A stretch of DNA of 64,000 nt from a virus (Duplodnaviria; Caudoviricetes): positions 1-64,000 of the IMG/VR virus record IMGVR_UViG_3300035520_000607, one strand, 5' to 3'. The notes below the pieces were generated by a model, which did not search any database, was not told where the DNA came from, and worked only from the letters and a program-made list of their open reading frames with translations. Shown piece by piece: positions 9,523 through 18,317 of this stretch. Position 1 is the stretch's first letter. Each line of letters begins with the position of its first letter. The translations under genes and the position numbers were made by a program.

Positions 9523-10902
9523 CTAATCGACGTCTCCGCATGCATCTGGATGATGTAATTTATATAATGGACAGCCATCACAATGATCGCCTACTGAAAC
9601 TACATTACTTGAATAACTGTCAAAACAGCCTTCATCTGCTGCATCTAAAGCACTTCCGCACCAATGACCATGATCTAAGCAACATACTGCATTATTTTCT
9701 CTCCAGATAGAACATTCTTCACAGTTTCTATCATCAGGATGACAATCACAATAGTCATCAATATATTCACAGTAATACTTTTCTTCAAAATTCTCTGCTA
9801 CCATACCATTACCATTATAAATATAGTCATCATCATCGTCATCAGTTCCAGGTAATTCATAGCCGCATCCGCAAGGGCAAGTAATGACTTCATTATATGG
9901 AGTTATATTAGTAGGCTCATCCCCTTTATGAGTCCATACATCTCCATAATGGAATTCATGATAACCATAGAAATGACCTCTTGTTAAAATAAAACTATAA
10001 TTATGTGGGTTTATCCAACTATTATCCATTTCTAATGCATCACTTAGCCACTTTTCAACTACTAAACGCATAGTTTTATGGAATTCTTCACTATAAGAAC
10101 TTTTACCAGGGTATATTTCATTAAAATGAATACTTTTCATATCTTCTGATAAAGCGATCCACATTCTCATTCTCTTGTATCTAATATCTTTAAATTCATA
10201 ATTATCATATAAATTAAATTTACCCTCATTATTCCATACATAAGTTATTATAGAAGCGGAATCAATTACTGCAGCTAAGCAACCATCAGCATGACTTCCA
10301 TCAAAATAATTTTCAAGTCTATAACAAGAAGTCCATTGATATGGATTCTCGCTTGCTAACATCATATCTACTGGGTCAATAGAAATAGTAAATGTTGCTT
10401 CTACTTTTCTATTTTCATATACTCTACCAACTTTAGTAACAAGGTCATTTGGAGCATCTAATTTACTTTTTAAGAAACGAGTTAATGACATTCCCTCAAT
10501 AGTTGCACCATCAAAGATTTTTTTCATTGTCTCCGTAGTTTCATAACTTAAATGAGAAAAACTTATTTTATTATCTTCAATTCTTTTTAATTTATCTAAC
10601 CAAAAATAGTATGCTGGATATTCTTTTCCAATTTCTAATATCTTATTTGCATAATCTCTATCTTCATCAATATATTCAAAAGGTATATCAATTCTAGTTT
10701 TACCCCCCATAATATCAAAGAATTTTTTCTTATTTCTACACCATTGAGTTAGATAGACTTCTATTACCTTATCAGGTAAATATTGCAAAGATATATTACT
10801 TAATTGAGCAATACATTTAGTAAAATCTGGAATTTGAATTTGTTTTAACATTGGAGCATATTCTTCTCCTAATTTTTCAATTAAATCTTGTGTGCGTACC
10901 AT
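9523..10902 (-). CDS. Hypothetical protein with Cys-rich C-terminus
   Basis: 459-aa ORF; ISIDPVDMMLASEN..WTSC core; many CxxC-like motifs in last ~120 aa. Confidence 0.8.
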   Translation of the reverse strand: MVRTQDLIEKLGEEYAPMLKQIQIPDFTKCIAQLSNISLQYLPDKVIEVYLTQWCRNKKKFFDIMGGKTRIDIPFEYIDEDRDYANKILEIGKEYPAYYFWLDKLKRIEDNKISFSHLSYETTETMKKIFDGATIEGMSLTRFLKSKLDAPNDLVTKVGRVYENRKVEATFTISIDPVDMMLASENPYQWTSCYRLENYFDGSHADGCLAAVIDSASIITYVWNNEGKFNLYDNYEFKDIRYKRMRMWIALSEDMKSIHFNEIYPGKSSYSEEFHKTMRLVVEKWLSDALEMDNSWINPHNYSFILTRGHFYGYHEFHYGDVWTHKGDEPTNITPYNEVITCPCGCGYELPGTDDDDDDYIYNGNGMVAENFEEKYYCEYIDDYCDCHPDDRNCEECSIWRENNAVCCLDHGHWCGSALDAADEGCFDSYSSNVVSVGDHCDGCPLYKLHHPDACGDVD

Positions 10903-11014
10903 AAATAATCATTCCCTTTCATTTCTTATTTATTACATTATTATTATAATATAATTTAATAAAAAAATCAATAGAGAATAAAAAGGCGCGGCAATGGCTT
11001 TAACGCCTGCACAC

Positions 11015-11470
11015 CTAATGTCTAATGACTGTATGGTCTGCATCTCCGCAATATATAGGACAGTGATTACAATAATCTTTACTTACCACTACTTCTCCAT
11101 TCATTATATGTTTACCACGAGGCTCTAGACAATCTTGTTTATCTATACTACATACTGGCACTATTTCATTATTTTCAAAAACTACTTTTAATATATCTTC
11201 ATATATCTTTTGATTATCTTCAAGTAAATCTTCAACTTCTTCAATAGTATCAAATTTATACTCTACTTCACAATTGCTCCATTTATCAAATGTTATTTTT
11301 GAATTAGCCCTTAATATATATTTATACCCATTTCCGCTATGTGGAGCTATTATACAATATATAAGATTCATTCTCTCAAAAAATAGATGTGTAATATCTC
11401 CGCTATCATCAGATAATGAATCAGTTAATTCATAACCATATTCTTTTAAATATCTTAATAATTCTTCCAT
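11015..11470 (-). CDS. Hypothetical protein
   Basis: 151-aa ORF; C-terminal C..CPIY resembles the end of 9523..10902. Confidence 0.7.
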   Translation of the reverse strand: MEELLRYLKEYGYELTDSLSDDSGDITHLFFERMNLIYCIIAPHSGNGYKYILRANSKITFDKWSNCEVEYKFDTIEEVEDLLEDNQKIYEDILKVVFENNEIVPVCSIDKQDCLEPRGKHIMNGEVVVSKDYCNHCPIYCGDADHTVIRH

Positions 11471-11472
11471 AT

Positions 11473-12168
11473 TTATTTCTCCATCTCTATAACTTCATCT
11501 AATAAGCAGCGGAAACCGTCGCTTAGGCTTCTATTAACATGATAATGAGCGAACCACCAATGGTCGAAAGTGATTCTGCTTTTCAATATATCTAAATATT
11601 CTTCACTTATATGACCTATTTTAGATTGATCTAGTCCAGGTATTTGAATTAAATAAACTGAATTATCTTTAAATACTGAATAAGGACAACAGTGAGTAAA
11701 TACATAGTCATAATGAGTTTCTGCGGGGATGCTCATTATAAAATCTTTATCTACTCTCTCATCAGCCCACCAACTTAGACCTTCAACTCTAAAAGCTCGA
11801 TCTATAGAATCAGCTCCGCCGCATACTAATACTTTTCTATTATTTAACATATATTCTCCATTAGGTAAATATATTATATGATTAGATAAATGTACCATTC
11901 CATTCTCATCTCTTGAAGTTGCTTTATATTCATTTAAAATATCATAGTTTTCATGATTACCTGCAATAAACATTAAAGAAGCTCCATTGCATTCATTTTC
12001 AAATAATTCAATATTTTTTTCTAAATCTTTTTTACCATTTCTCCAAGCAATTCCGCAATCGCCTAAGATAAGAATAGAGTCTCCTTCTCCTAAATCAAAT
12101 TTATGAATAAATTCAATTACTGGCATTATATCTCCATGTATATCTCCTCGAACAAATATTCTTCCCAT
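11473..12168 (-). CDS. Calcineurin-like metallophosphoesterase
   Basis: GDIHG, LGD, GNHE, THCCP, AHYH motifs. Confidence 0.9.
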   Translation of the reverse strand: MGRIFVRGDIHGDIMPVIEFIHKFDLGEGDSILILGDCGIAWRNGKKDLEKNIELFENECNGASLMFIAGNHENYDILNEYKATSRDENGMVHLSNHIIYLPNGEYMLNNRKVLVCGGADSIDRAFRVEGLSWWADERVDKDFIMSIPAETHYDYVFTHCCPYSVFKDNSVYLIQIPGLDQSKIGHISEEYLDILKSRITFDHWWFAHYHVNRSLSDGFRCLLDEVIEMEK

Positions 12169-12250
12169 ATTTAAGCCTCCTTGTAATTTTATATAAATAT
12201 TATATCATTTATTTTATAAAAAAACAAATAAAAAGATAAGCAGTTGCCGC

Positions 12251-13771
12251 TTATCTTATTTCTTTATATCTATCACTACCTAGGATACTCATCATCATAT
12301 CTAGACCTGTTTTTCCAGAAAGGATTGTTTTAAAAATAATAGGACTGCATCCGCTTACATAAGACACTTTTTTATTACTAGCATCTTGTAAGATAATATC
12401 ATTTTCAGCTGAAACATTCCAATAAATTAATTTTGGCATTTCTAAACCTTCAGCTCTCCATTCTTCTTCAATATTTTCCATTTCAGTTCTAGTTTGAGCT
12501 TCAGAATGCCAATTACTTTGACAATCTATTTCCATATCTGAAATTACTATTAAAGTATCTGGTCTATCTGATGCAGGAATATTATTATCTATAATAGTTC
12601 TTTTGATTAAGTCAAAAGCAGCCTTTAAATTGGTATTCTCACATTGATTTCGTTCATATATTCTACGAACTTTATCAACAAAATCTACGCCTTCTATTTC
12701 AATAAATTCAGGTCTTTCTGAGAATGTTATAAAACAATTATTAAATGGCTCTCCAATACGTTCGCCGCAATACATACCTAATGAAATTGCAACATCAATA
12801 GGAGCAGTAGATGTTCTATATGTACTTGTCATACTACCAGAAGTATCTACCATACATAAGGCTTTACATTTTTTACCTTCAAGATAATCGTCTTGATTTT
12901 CCCAGTATTTATTTAGAGTAGCTCTCTCAGTTTCAGTTATATTTATATCATCTTCATAACCATAAATATCTAGTTTAGAAGTTACTCCTTTAACTATTTC
13001 ATATGGATAAAGAGTTCCCGCATTTACTTTTGTTTCTTTGTTATTCATAAATGCTTCATATCTTGCGGCAATTACTTCTTTATGAGCAAAAGCATTTCTA
13101 TATATTAAACCTGCTTTTGATGGTAATTTATCAAATTCAATATCTTCCCATCTATTTTCAGACATTAATTTTTCTACAATATTAATTCTAGTTCTTAATG
13201 CTGATAAAGCTTTTCTATATTCTTTATGAGATAGACCTAAATATTTTCTAGTTTTAGTAGCTAATTCTTTTGATTCTTTAGATGAACAATTTTCGCTCTT
13301 CATCCATTTACCTAATAAAGATACCCCAGTATTTTCACTATTGTTTAAACTCATTAAATCTTTATTAAATTGGCATTTAATAACATCTAAAGCATCTTCT
13401 TCAATAGATGTTCCCATAACACAATATAAATCGTCCCATCTACCATATTCTGCTACATTATCTAAATTGCGGAAAGCTAACTCAGGATATTCTTTTGCTA
13501 GCCAATTAAAACATACTTTGAAGAATCTACGCTCGCCGGCCCCGCCCCTTATATCTCTAAGGTAGAACAAACATTTTAAAGCTAGTTCTTCATTTTCTTC
13601 TAACGCATTTTTAAACAATAGAATACAATCATCGTTGCTACGAGTGCGGTAAGAGCCTCCTAATGCGAACATATCATAAACTTTATCTAATGTTGATTTA
13701 TGAGCTATAGCTCCATTAGTTGTTGTTGTATAATTAGTATCTCTTTTTAAACTATCTACAAATATATTCAT
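12251..13771 (-). CDS. DUF2828-family (TROVE/Ro60-like repeat plus vWA) protein
   Basis: TNGA, FYLRDIRGGAGERRFF, YGRWDDL, LYPYEIV, VDTSGSM (MIDAS), ISDMEID, IYWNV, VSGCSP; start ATG 13771 behind TTGACA..TATAAT promoter. Confidence 0.85.
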   Translation of the reverse strand: MNIFVDSLKRDTNYTTTTNGAIAHKSTLDKVYDMFALGGSYRTRSNDDCILLFKNALEENEELALKCLFYLRDIRGGAGERRFFKVCFNWLAKEYPELAFRNLDNVAEYGRWDDLYCVMGTSIEEDALDVIKCQFNKDLMSLNNSENTGVSLLGKWMKSENCSSKESKELATKTRKYLGLSHKEYRKALSALRTRINIVEKLMSENRWEDIEFDKLPSKAGLIYRNAFAHKEVIAARYEAFMNNKETKVNAGTLYPYEIVKGVTSKLDIYGYEDDINITETERATLNKYWENQDDYLEGKKCKALCMVDTSGSMTSTYRTSTAPIDVAISLGMYCGERIGEPFNNCFITFSERPEFIEIEGVDFVDKVRRIYERNQCENTNLKAAFDLIKRTIIDNNIPASDRPDTLIVISDMEIDCQSNWHSEAQTRTEMENIEEEWRAEGLEMPKLIYWNVSAENDIILQDASNKKVSYVSGCSPIIFKTILSGKTGLDMMMSILGSDRYKEIR

Positions 13772-13967
13772 CTTTAATTCACCTGTTAATCTTATTTCAA
13801 GATTCCTTTCATTTTCTATAATTATTATATCATTATTTTTTATAAATGTCAATGATAAAATAAAAACTGCGGGAAGCCGATCTGCGCGCCTCATACCTTA
13901 ATTGAGATTACAAGCTGCATAACCGCCTTCCCGCATTTGAAAGGGAATTGATTTAAAAATGAAATCC

Positions 13968-14110
13968 TAGACAAGAAAGTGGGTGTCCCAACCGCATCAA
14001 TAAAATGTATATACACTCACTTAGAAAAGATACATTTCTTTTTCGCAGTAATAAAAATTTTTAAGAAAAATTTTAAGTATTGGATTTAAGTTTTGCAGAC
14101 TTCTTGTCTA
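13968..14110 (-). ncRNA. Stem-CWGCAA small RNA copy 1 (Y-RNA-like candidate)
   Basis: TAGACAAGAA/TTCTTGTCTA 10-bp terminal stem followed by GTCTGCAAAA; TTGACA(14156)-17-TATAAT(14133) promoter directly upstream. Confidence 0.55.
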
Positions 14111-14162
14111 TCTTCATTTCTAAATATATTATATCAAAATTTTTAAACTTTGTCAAATTAAC

Positions 14163-14224
14163 AAGACAGGAAAATTTTATTTCAGCCACCAACAGAAAAT
14201 CTTTATATTTGCTGTACCTGTCTT
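14163..14224 (-). ncRNA. Stem-CAGCAA small RNA copy 2 (Y-RNA-like candidate)
   Basis: AAGACAGG-TACAGCAAAT...CCTGTCTT; TATAAT just upstream. Confidence 0.55.
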
Positions 14225-14277
14225 TTTATATTATAAATGTTATTATCTATTAAAATATATTTTTAAACATTTTAATT

Positions 14278-14510
14278 AAATGTCTGCCCCTCATGGCACT
14301 TGTATATCGAGAGTCATTAGCTTCCTATATCTTGTAAAAATATATTTCATTAAATATCTAATAAATAATCACCATCGCTTAGGTTTCCCATCAGCCACAT
14401 CCCATCTAAGACTTTCACTTAGCTCTTTACTCTTATGTTCCATAGATATAAATACCCTTAGGCTTCCTCGTGTGCATATCCGCAATCACGCATAAGATAT
14501 AGACTATTTA
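14278..14510 (-). ncRNA. Candidate structured RNA at end of tRNA operon
   Basis: GC-enriched block with GTCT/AGAC closing ends and a CTAAG-TGAAAGT-CTTAG hairpin; no credible ORF. Confidence 0.3.
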
Positions 14511-14520
14511 TAGAATTTAA

Positions 14521-14594
14521 TAGGTGTGTATAAAGAGATTCAAACTCTTAATAGTGTGTATCAAGCACTAGTTTTACTATTAAACTATATACAC
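14521..14594 (-). tRNA. Degenerate tRNA-Ile(GAU)-like gene
   Basis: Cloverleaf GTGTATA/TATACAC, D GTTT/AAAC, loop TTGATAC, T AAGAG-TTTGAAT-CTCTT; lacks GG in D loop, C.A pair in anticodon stem, 3' ACCT. Confidence 0.5.
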
Positions 14595-14608
14595 ATAAAA
14601 TAGGGAAA

Positions 14609-14683
14609 TGGTGATCCTGCCGAGATTCGAACTCGGGATACCTCCGTGAAAGGGAGGTGTCTTAACCACTTGACCACAGGACC
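14609..14683 (-). tRNA. tRNA-Glu(UUC)
   Basis: Canonical cloverleaf, loop CTTTCAC, encoded CCA. Confidence 0.95.
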
Positions 14684-14686
14684 ATT

Positions 14687-14761
14687 TGGGGTGAGATAAG
14701 AGTTTCGATCTCCTGTCCTTAGAGCCACGATCTAATATGTTACCATTACACCAATCTCACC
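14687..14761 (-). tRNA. tRNA-His(GUG)
   Basis: G-1:C73, loop TCGTGGC (C33), atypical T loop, CCA. Confidence 0.85.
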
Positions 14762-14764
14762 ATA

Positions 14765-14859
14765 TGGCACGCCCCCAAGGGCTTGAACCTTGACCCGCGG
14801 GTTTGGAGCCCGCTACCCGAATTTTGAAGATTCGTGTGCTACCATTACACTAAGGGCGT
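14765..14859 (-). tRNA. tRNA-Trp(UCA) opal-decoding, with a second Trp(CCA) anticodon arm in the variable position
   Basis: ACGCCCT/GGGGCGT acceptor, G73, CCA; arm 1 CGAAT-CTTCAAA-ATTCG; arm 2 GCGGG-CTCCAAA-CCCGC; T arm CAAGG-TTCAAGC-CCTTG. Confidence 0.85.
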
Positions 14860-14928
14860 ATAATAATATAATCTTTATTTATTACATTATTATTATATAA
14901 TATTTTTATTTAAAAATCAATAATAAGA

Positions 14929-15642
14929 TTACTCATCTTCGCTCAATAAGATATTGTTTAAATCATCTTCAAAAGCTTTAAATTCTTTGTCAGTTAATGA
15001 GAAGAATGGATATTGCATTATTCTTAATGGCTCTCCAAATTTACAGTCATATTCTCTACCCATTGATTTAGAAATAACTTCCATATCTCTATCTTCTAAT
15101 ATTTTCATATAGATAGTTCTCTTTAAAGCTGGACAATCAAATTCTTTAGAATAATCAATAGCCATAGCCATTAGTTCAGGATATTCAACTCTCATGGGAA
15201 TATGCACTTCATAATTGCGGAAATCACCAAAATTATCTTCAAAATTTAAGAGATTTAGTCCATATGCGGAAGGTCTTAAACTACAAGTACCTTCATTTAT
15301 TACATAAGTTGTAAGAATACGAGTAGATACTGTTCCACAAAAATAATTAAAAATTTCATAAATTGGCTCAGTTAAGAAAAAATCATCATTAAATAGTAAA
15401 AATTCTTCTTTTGATATATTAGTAATATAATACATAACTAGAAAATTACTATCTAACCATTTGTTATATTTTTGCTCTTTAACTATAATATTTTTAACAA
15501 TATCATCATCATCAAAGCCACAATAGTCTCCAAGTATGTAGATATTATTATAGTCCATCTTTAAATTTTTCTTTATTAATTGAATACACATTTTTAATTC
15601 TTTATCTCCGCAAGTATTTCTAAATGGTATAACTACATTCAT
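14929..15642 (-). CDS. Glycosyltransferase/Stealth-like phosphotransferase protein
   Basis: NVVIPFR, ELKMCI, NIYILG, FLLFNDDFF, YEVHIP motifs. Confidence 0.6.
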   Translation of the reverse strand: MNVVIPFRNTCGDKELKMCIQLIKKNLKMDYNNIYILGDYCGFDDDDIVKNIIVKEQKYNKWLDSNFLVMYYITNISKEEFLLFNDDFFLTEPIYEIFNYFCGTVSTRILTTYVINEGTCSLRPSAYGLNLLNFEDNFGDFRNYEVHIPMRVEYPELMAMAIDYSKEFDCPALKRTIYMKILEDRDMEVISKSMGREYDCKFGEPLRIMQYPFFSLTDKEFKAFEDDLNNILLSEDE

Positions 15643-15645
15643 ATT

Positions 15646-15858
15646 CTATCTCCCTCTCTTTTTCTCCTCTTCAGGTTCTTCATCTTTAAATCCACAGATT
15701 GCTAAAACTTCTTCAAAAGTTCTACTCCCATTTGGGATATAGAATCTACAAGCTAGTTCATATGCTGCTCTATTCTTCATTGATGTATCAAACTCTTCAT
15801 TAGTTACTATATCTATTAAATTAATAGTTGTAGTGTCTTTAAAATTCATATTTAACAA
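15646..15858 (-). CDS. Hypothetical protein
   Basis: ORF with AAGGAG RBS. Confidence 0.6.
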   Translation of the reverse strand: MLNMNFKDTTTINLIDIVTNEEFDTSMKNRAAYELACRFYIPNGSRTFEEVLAICGFKDEEPEEEKKRGR

Positions 15859-15868
15859 CTCCTTAAAA

Positions 15869-15943
15869 TGGCAGGGGCGCTAGAACTCGAATCCAGATAC
15901 CTAGTTTTGGAGACTAGGGTCCTAACCATTAGACGACACCCCT
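15869..15943 (-). tRNA. tRNA-Trp(CCA)
   Basis: Canonical cloverleaf, loop CTCCAAA, G73, CCA. Confidence 0.95.
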
Positions 15944-15952
15944 ATAAAAAAT

Positions 15953-16151
15953 ACTAGTTTTTCTCTTTTTCTTGACACAGCCATCTAAGCTCGCAACTGC
16001 TTTCGACCTGGGCGTACAGTAGCTCCCCAAACTAGCAAATTATCCACTGATAGCCTATGTTTGCGCGGCGTTCGGTTATCCCTCTCTTATCGCGATTATA
16101 GATCGGAACCAGCAACCGCCTGATACTTTCAACAGTATATATATTGATAAT
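15953..16151 (-). ncRNA. Two adjacent candidate structured RNAs between tRNA-Gln and tRNA-Trp
   Basis: GC-rich, closed by CTAGTTT/AAACTAG (about 15954-16035) and ATTATC/GATAAT (about 16039-16151) stems. Confidence 0.35.
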
Positions 16152-16169
16152 CCATATCAATCATTTTAA

Positions 16170-16245
16170 TGGTTGTCCCGCTAGGGTTCGAACCTAGAAA
16201 ATGCATGAGTCAAAGTCATGTGTGTTGCCGTTTCACCACGGGACA
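16170..16245 (-). tRNA. tRNA-Gln(UUG)
   Basis: Cloverleaf, loop CTTTGAC, CCA. Confidence 0.92.
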
Positions 16246-16250
16246 AGATC

Positions 16251-16634
16251 TTAGGCAGGCATTGCCGCCTTTTTAACTATTTCTATTTTACCTATATAAT
16301 CAAATATTTTAAATGTTATATATTTTCCGCTATTGATAGTATATTCTATTCCTAATTTATTAAAACCATCTGCAATAGCAGCTATTACCGCATCTTTATC
16401 TTCATCTCTAAATGCTTTTTTACCATCACTAACTAACATTGCTTTTGTTTGTTTAAGATTTACATCATAAATCTTATTATTAAGTAAAATTAGATTAAAA
16501 ATTCCATCTCCAACTAATGAATATTTTCTTTGATATTTATCATTAAATATGCTCTTTAAAAAGTCTTCTCCAAAAGCATAATCATACTCCCAAAAATATT
16601 CTTTGTTTTCATAAAATTTTTTCATAATTATCAC
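16251..16634 (-). CDS. Hypothetical protein
   Basis: ORF with own promoter; C-terminal GKYITFK resembles the 332/4841 family. Confidence 0.7.
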   Translation of the reverse strand: MIIMKKFYENKEYFWEYDYAFGEDFLKSIFNDKYQRKYSLVGDGIFNLILLNNKIYDVNLKQTKAMLVSDGKKAFRDEDKDAVIAAIADGFNKLGIEYTINSGKYITFKIFDYIGKIEIVKKAAMPA

Positions 16635-16690
16635 TTCATTTCTATAAATATTATATAATAAATTTTATAAAAAATAAAGTAAACAATAAA

Positions 16691-16822
16691 AATGGCAATT
16701 TATTAAGAAATCTTATGTCTTAGGTCAGGTAGAATTTCTCCAAAGCTTACTTTTCGTTACCAAAAAGCACTTTCGTTTTAAAAGCCTGATATGCGGTCTC
16801 CCTACATACGACCTGATTGCCA
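16691..16822 (-). ncRNA. Candidate structured RNA
   Basis: TGGCAAT/ATTGCCA closing stem with nested AGGTC/GACCT stem. Confidence 0.35.
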
Positions 16823-16919
16823 CTTAGTACATACTTTATCCCAATAAATATCGCTCTAGAAGTTTTCCTTGACAATAATTTGTCTTAAAACTAGAATAAC
16901 GCGCCATCATAAAATAAAT

Positions 16920-16997
16920 TGGAGCGAGTAGTAGGGACTTAAACCCTCATCTTAAGCTTGGACAGCTTGTGTTCTTACCAAATTAAACTATACCCGC
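16920..16997 (-). tRNA. tRNA-Gly(UCC), atypical
   Basis: GCGGGTA/TACTCGC, U73, CCA; loop TGTCCAA (G33); imperfect T arm. Confidence 0.75.
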
Positions 16998-17089
16998 ATA
17001 TGAAAATATTTATAAGCAAATTTTTTTTAGTATATAGACTATTTGCGTTACCCAAGTACTACCACGTGGAGGTTGTCTATTTAGTACTC

Positions 17090-17162
17090 TGCCGAAAACA
17101 GGAATCGAACCCGTAACCTTTTCATTACAAGTGAATTGCGCTACCAATTGCGCCATTTCGGC
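17090..17162 (-). tRNA. tRNA-Thr(UGU), CCA not encoded
   Basis: Cloverleaf, loop CTTGTAA. Confidence 0.92.
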
Positions 17163-17167
17163 ATATG

Positions 17168-17622
17168 TTAGAGGGCCACGCTCCCTCCTCGGCTAAGTTT
17201 TTTTACTACCCTCTTATACCACTTAACTGGTGGGGCTCTTCGGAGTCACACTAGAAACCCTAATTTAATAGGTAAAAACTCCGCAGCGTTTGAGAACTAG
17301 AGCGATGTAGTTAAGTACATCCTCATACAAGAGTAAAAACTCTTTCTTAATTTTATAAACCCATACTGTGGCTTCTTGTCCTTTAGGTCAGTCTTTATCC
17401 TAGTCCTCACACTCCCCAAAGCTAGCTGGGCTGACTTGGATACTAGGTTAGGTTTATTAGTTTTTACTATTCCTTCAGTTATGGATTAAGCAATAGCTAA
17501 GCAACCATCTATCTCTTTCACCATAGCGGCGGTGAGGTTTCTAACGCCCAAGCCTCACAAAACGGTGTGGTCATTTATCAGAAAAACTATAACTTGATGA
17601 GGATGACACAGCCTCCTCTTAA
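17168..17622 (-). ncRNA. Candidate large (~450 nt) structured ncRNA in tRNA cluster
   Basis: Own promoter (about 17645-17681), no ORF, GC-enriched, 5' AGAGGAGGC can pair with 3' GCCCTCT, many internal hairpins; family unassigned. Confidence 0.45.
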
Positions 17623-17690
17623 TGTATATTAACTTTTTATTCTTACATATATATTATATAATAAATTTTATTTATTATCAAATTTTTAAG

Positions 17691-17783
17691 TGGCGTCTAT
17701 TAGAGGATTCGAACCTCTGCGCCGATTACTCGACCTATCGGTTTTCAAGACCGATCCCTTCAGCCAGACTTGGGTAAATAGAC
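17691..17783 (-). tRNA. tRNA-Ser(UGA)
   Basis: Loop CTTGAAA, long variable arm, G73, CCA. Confidence 0.92.
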
Positions 17784-17792
17784 ATAATTACA

Positions 17793-18232
17793 TGGTGGAG
17801 CTGCGGGGGCTTGAACCCCGGTCCTGAAACTACAATTATATTAGAAATCTCATTCTTACATTACAAGTTTTATCCTATTTATAGGAGTCAGAGTGACGAT
17901 TCGATCCCTACCTCATTATGTTCACTCACGTTCAGAGAGGGCTTCTATATTAAATTAATCACAATAGCAAATCATATAGAAGAAAAATTTACTATGGGTA
18001 ATCTTTGCGGTTAATACGACTGCATTTTCCCTGATTACTTACTGGTACTAATGTAGAAGTTACTTAGCTTTTAATTAAGCAAAAGCTACGCAATTAGATG
18101 CGAATAAAGATTTAACCTTATTAGTAATTTTTGTTAAAATGTTGTTATTTATTTTTTATTGCCTTTTAAGTATCTGCCTACTACTTGTATTCTAATACTT
18201 TATAATTTCAGTCGAAACCATATTTCAACCCC
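17793..18232 (-). ncRNA. ssrA: tmRNA
   Basis: 5' GGGGTTG...TTCGAC, 3' T arm and CAGCTCCACCA with G3.U70; internal tag frame ...NNNILTKITNKVKSLFASNCVAFA-TAA (stop 18075-18077). Confidence 0.93.
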
Positions 18233-18241
18233 AAATTAAGA

Positions 18242-18316
18242 TGGTGGAGCTACGCAGAATTGAACTGCGATTTACTGCTTGCAGGGCAGTCGTAATAGCC
18301 ATTATACCATAGCCCC
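18242..18316 (-). tRNA. tRNA-Ala(UGC)
   Basis: GGGGCTA/TAGCTCC with G3.U70; loop CCTGCAA (C33); CCA. Confidence 0.9.
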
Positions 18317-18317
18317 A

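Noticed and set aside
13772-13894. N-terminal 41-aa extension of the DUF2828 ORF in the track
   Set aside because: It spans the gene's own promoter; ATG 13771 has the RBS and the family-typical start.
14278-14510. RNase P RNA
   Set aside because: GAGGAAG is present, but the P4 GAGGAAAGUCC and matching 3' consensus are not.
14765-14859. tRNA-Sec interpretation of the UCA tRNA with a long extra arm
   Set aside because: It has a 7/5 fold and 4-bp D stem rather than the bacterial 8/5 fold with extended D stem; no selA/selB/selD in the window; TGA sites align with Trp, not Cys.
17811-18014. 67-aa plus-strand ORF (likewise 14280..14495)
   Set aside because: Antisense to the tmRNA or a candidate ncRNA, with no translation signals.
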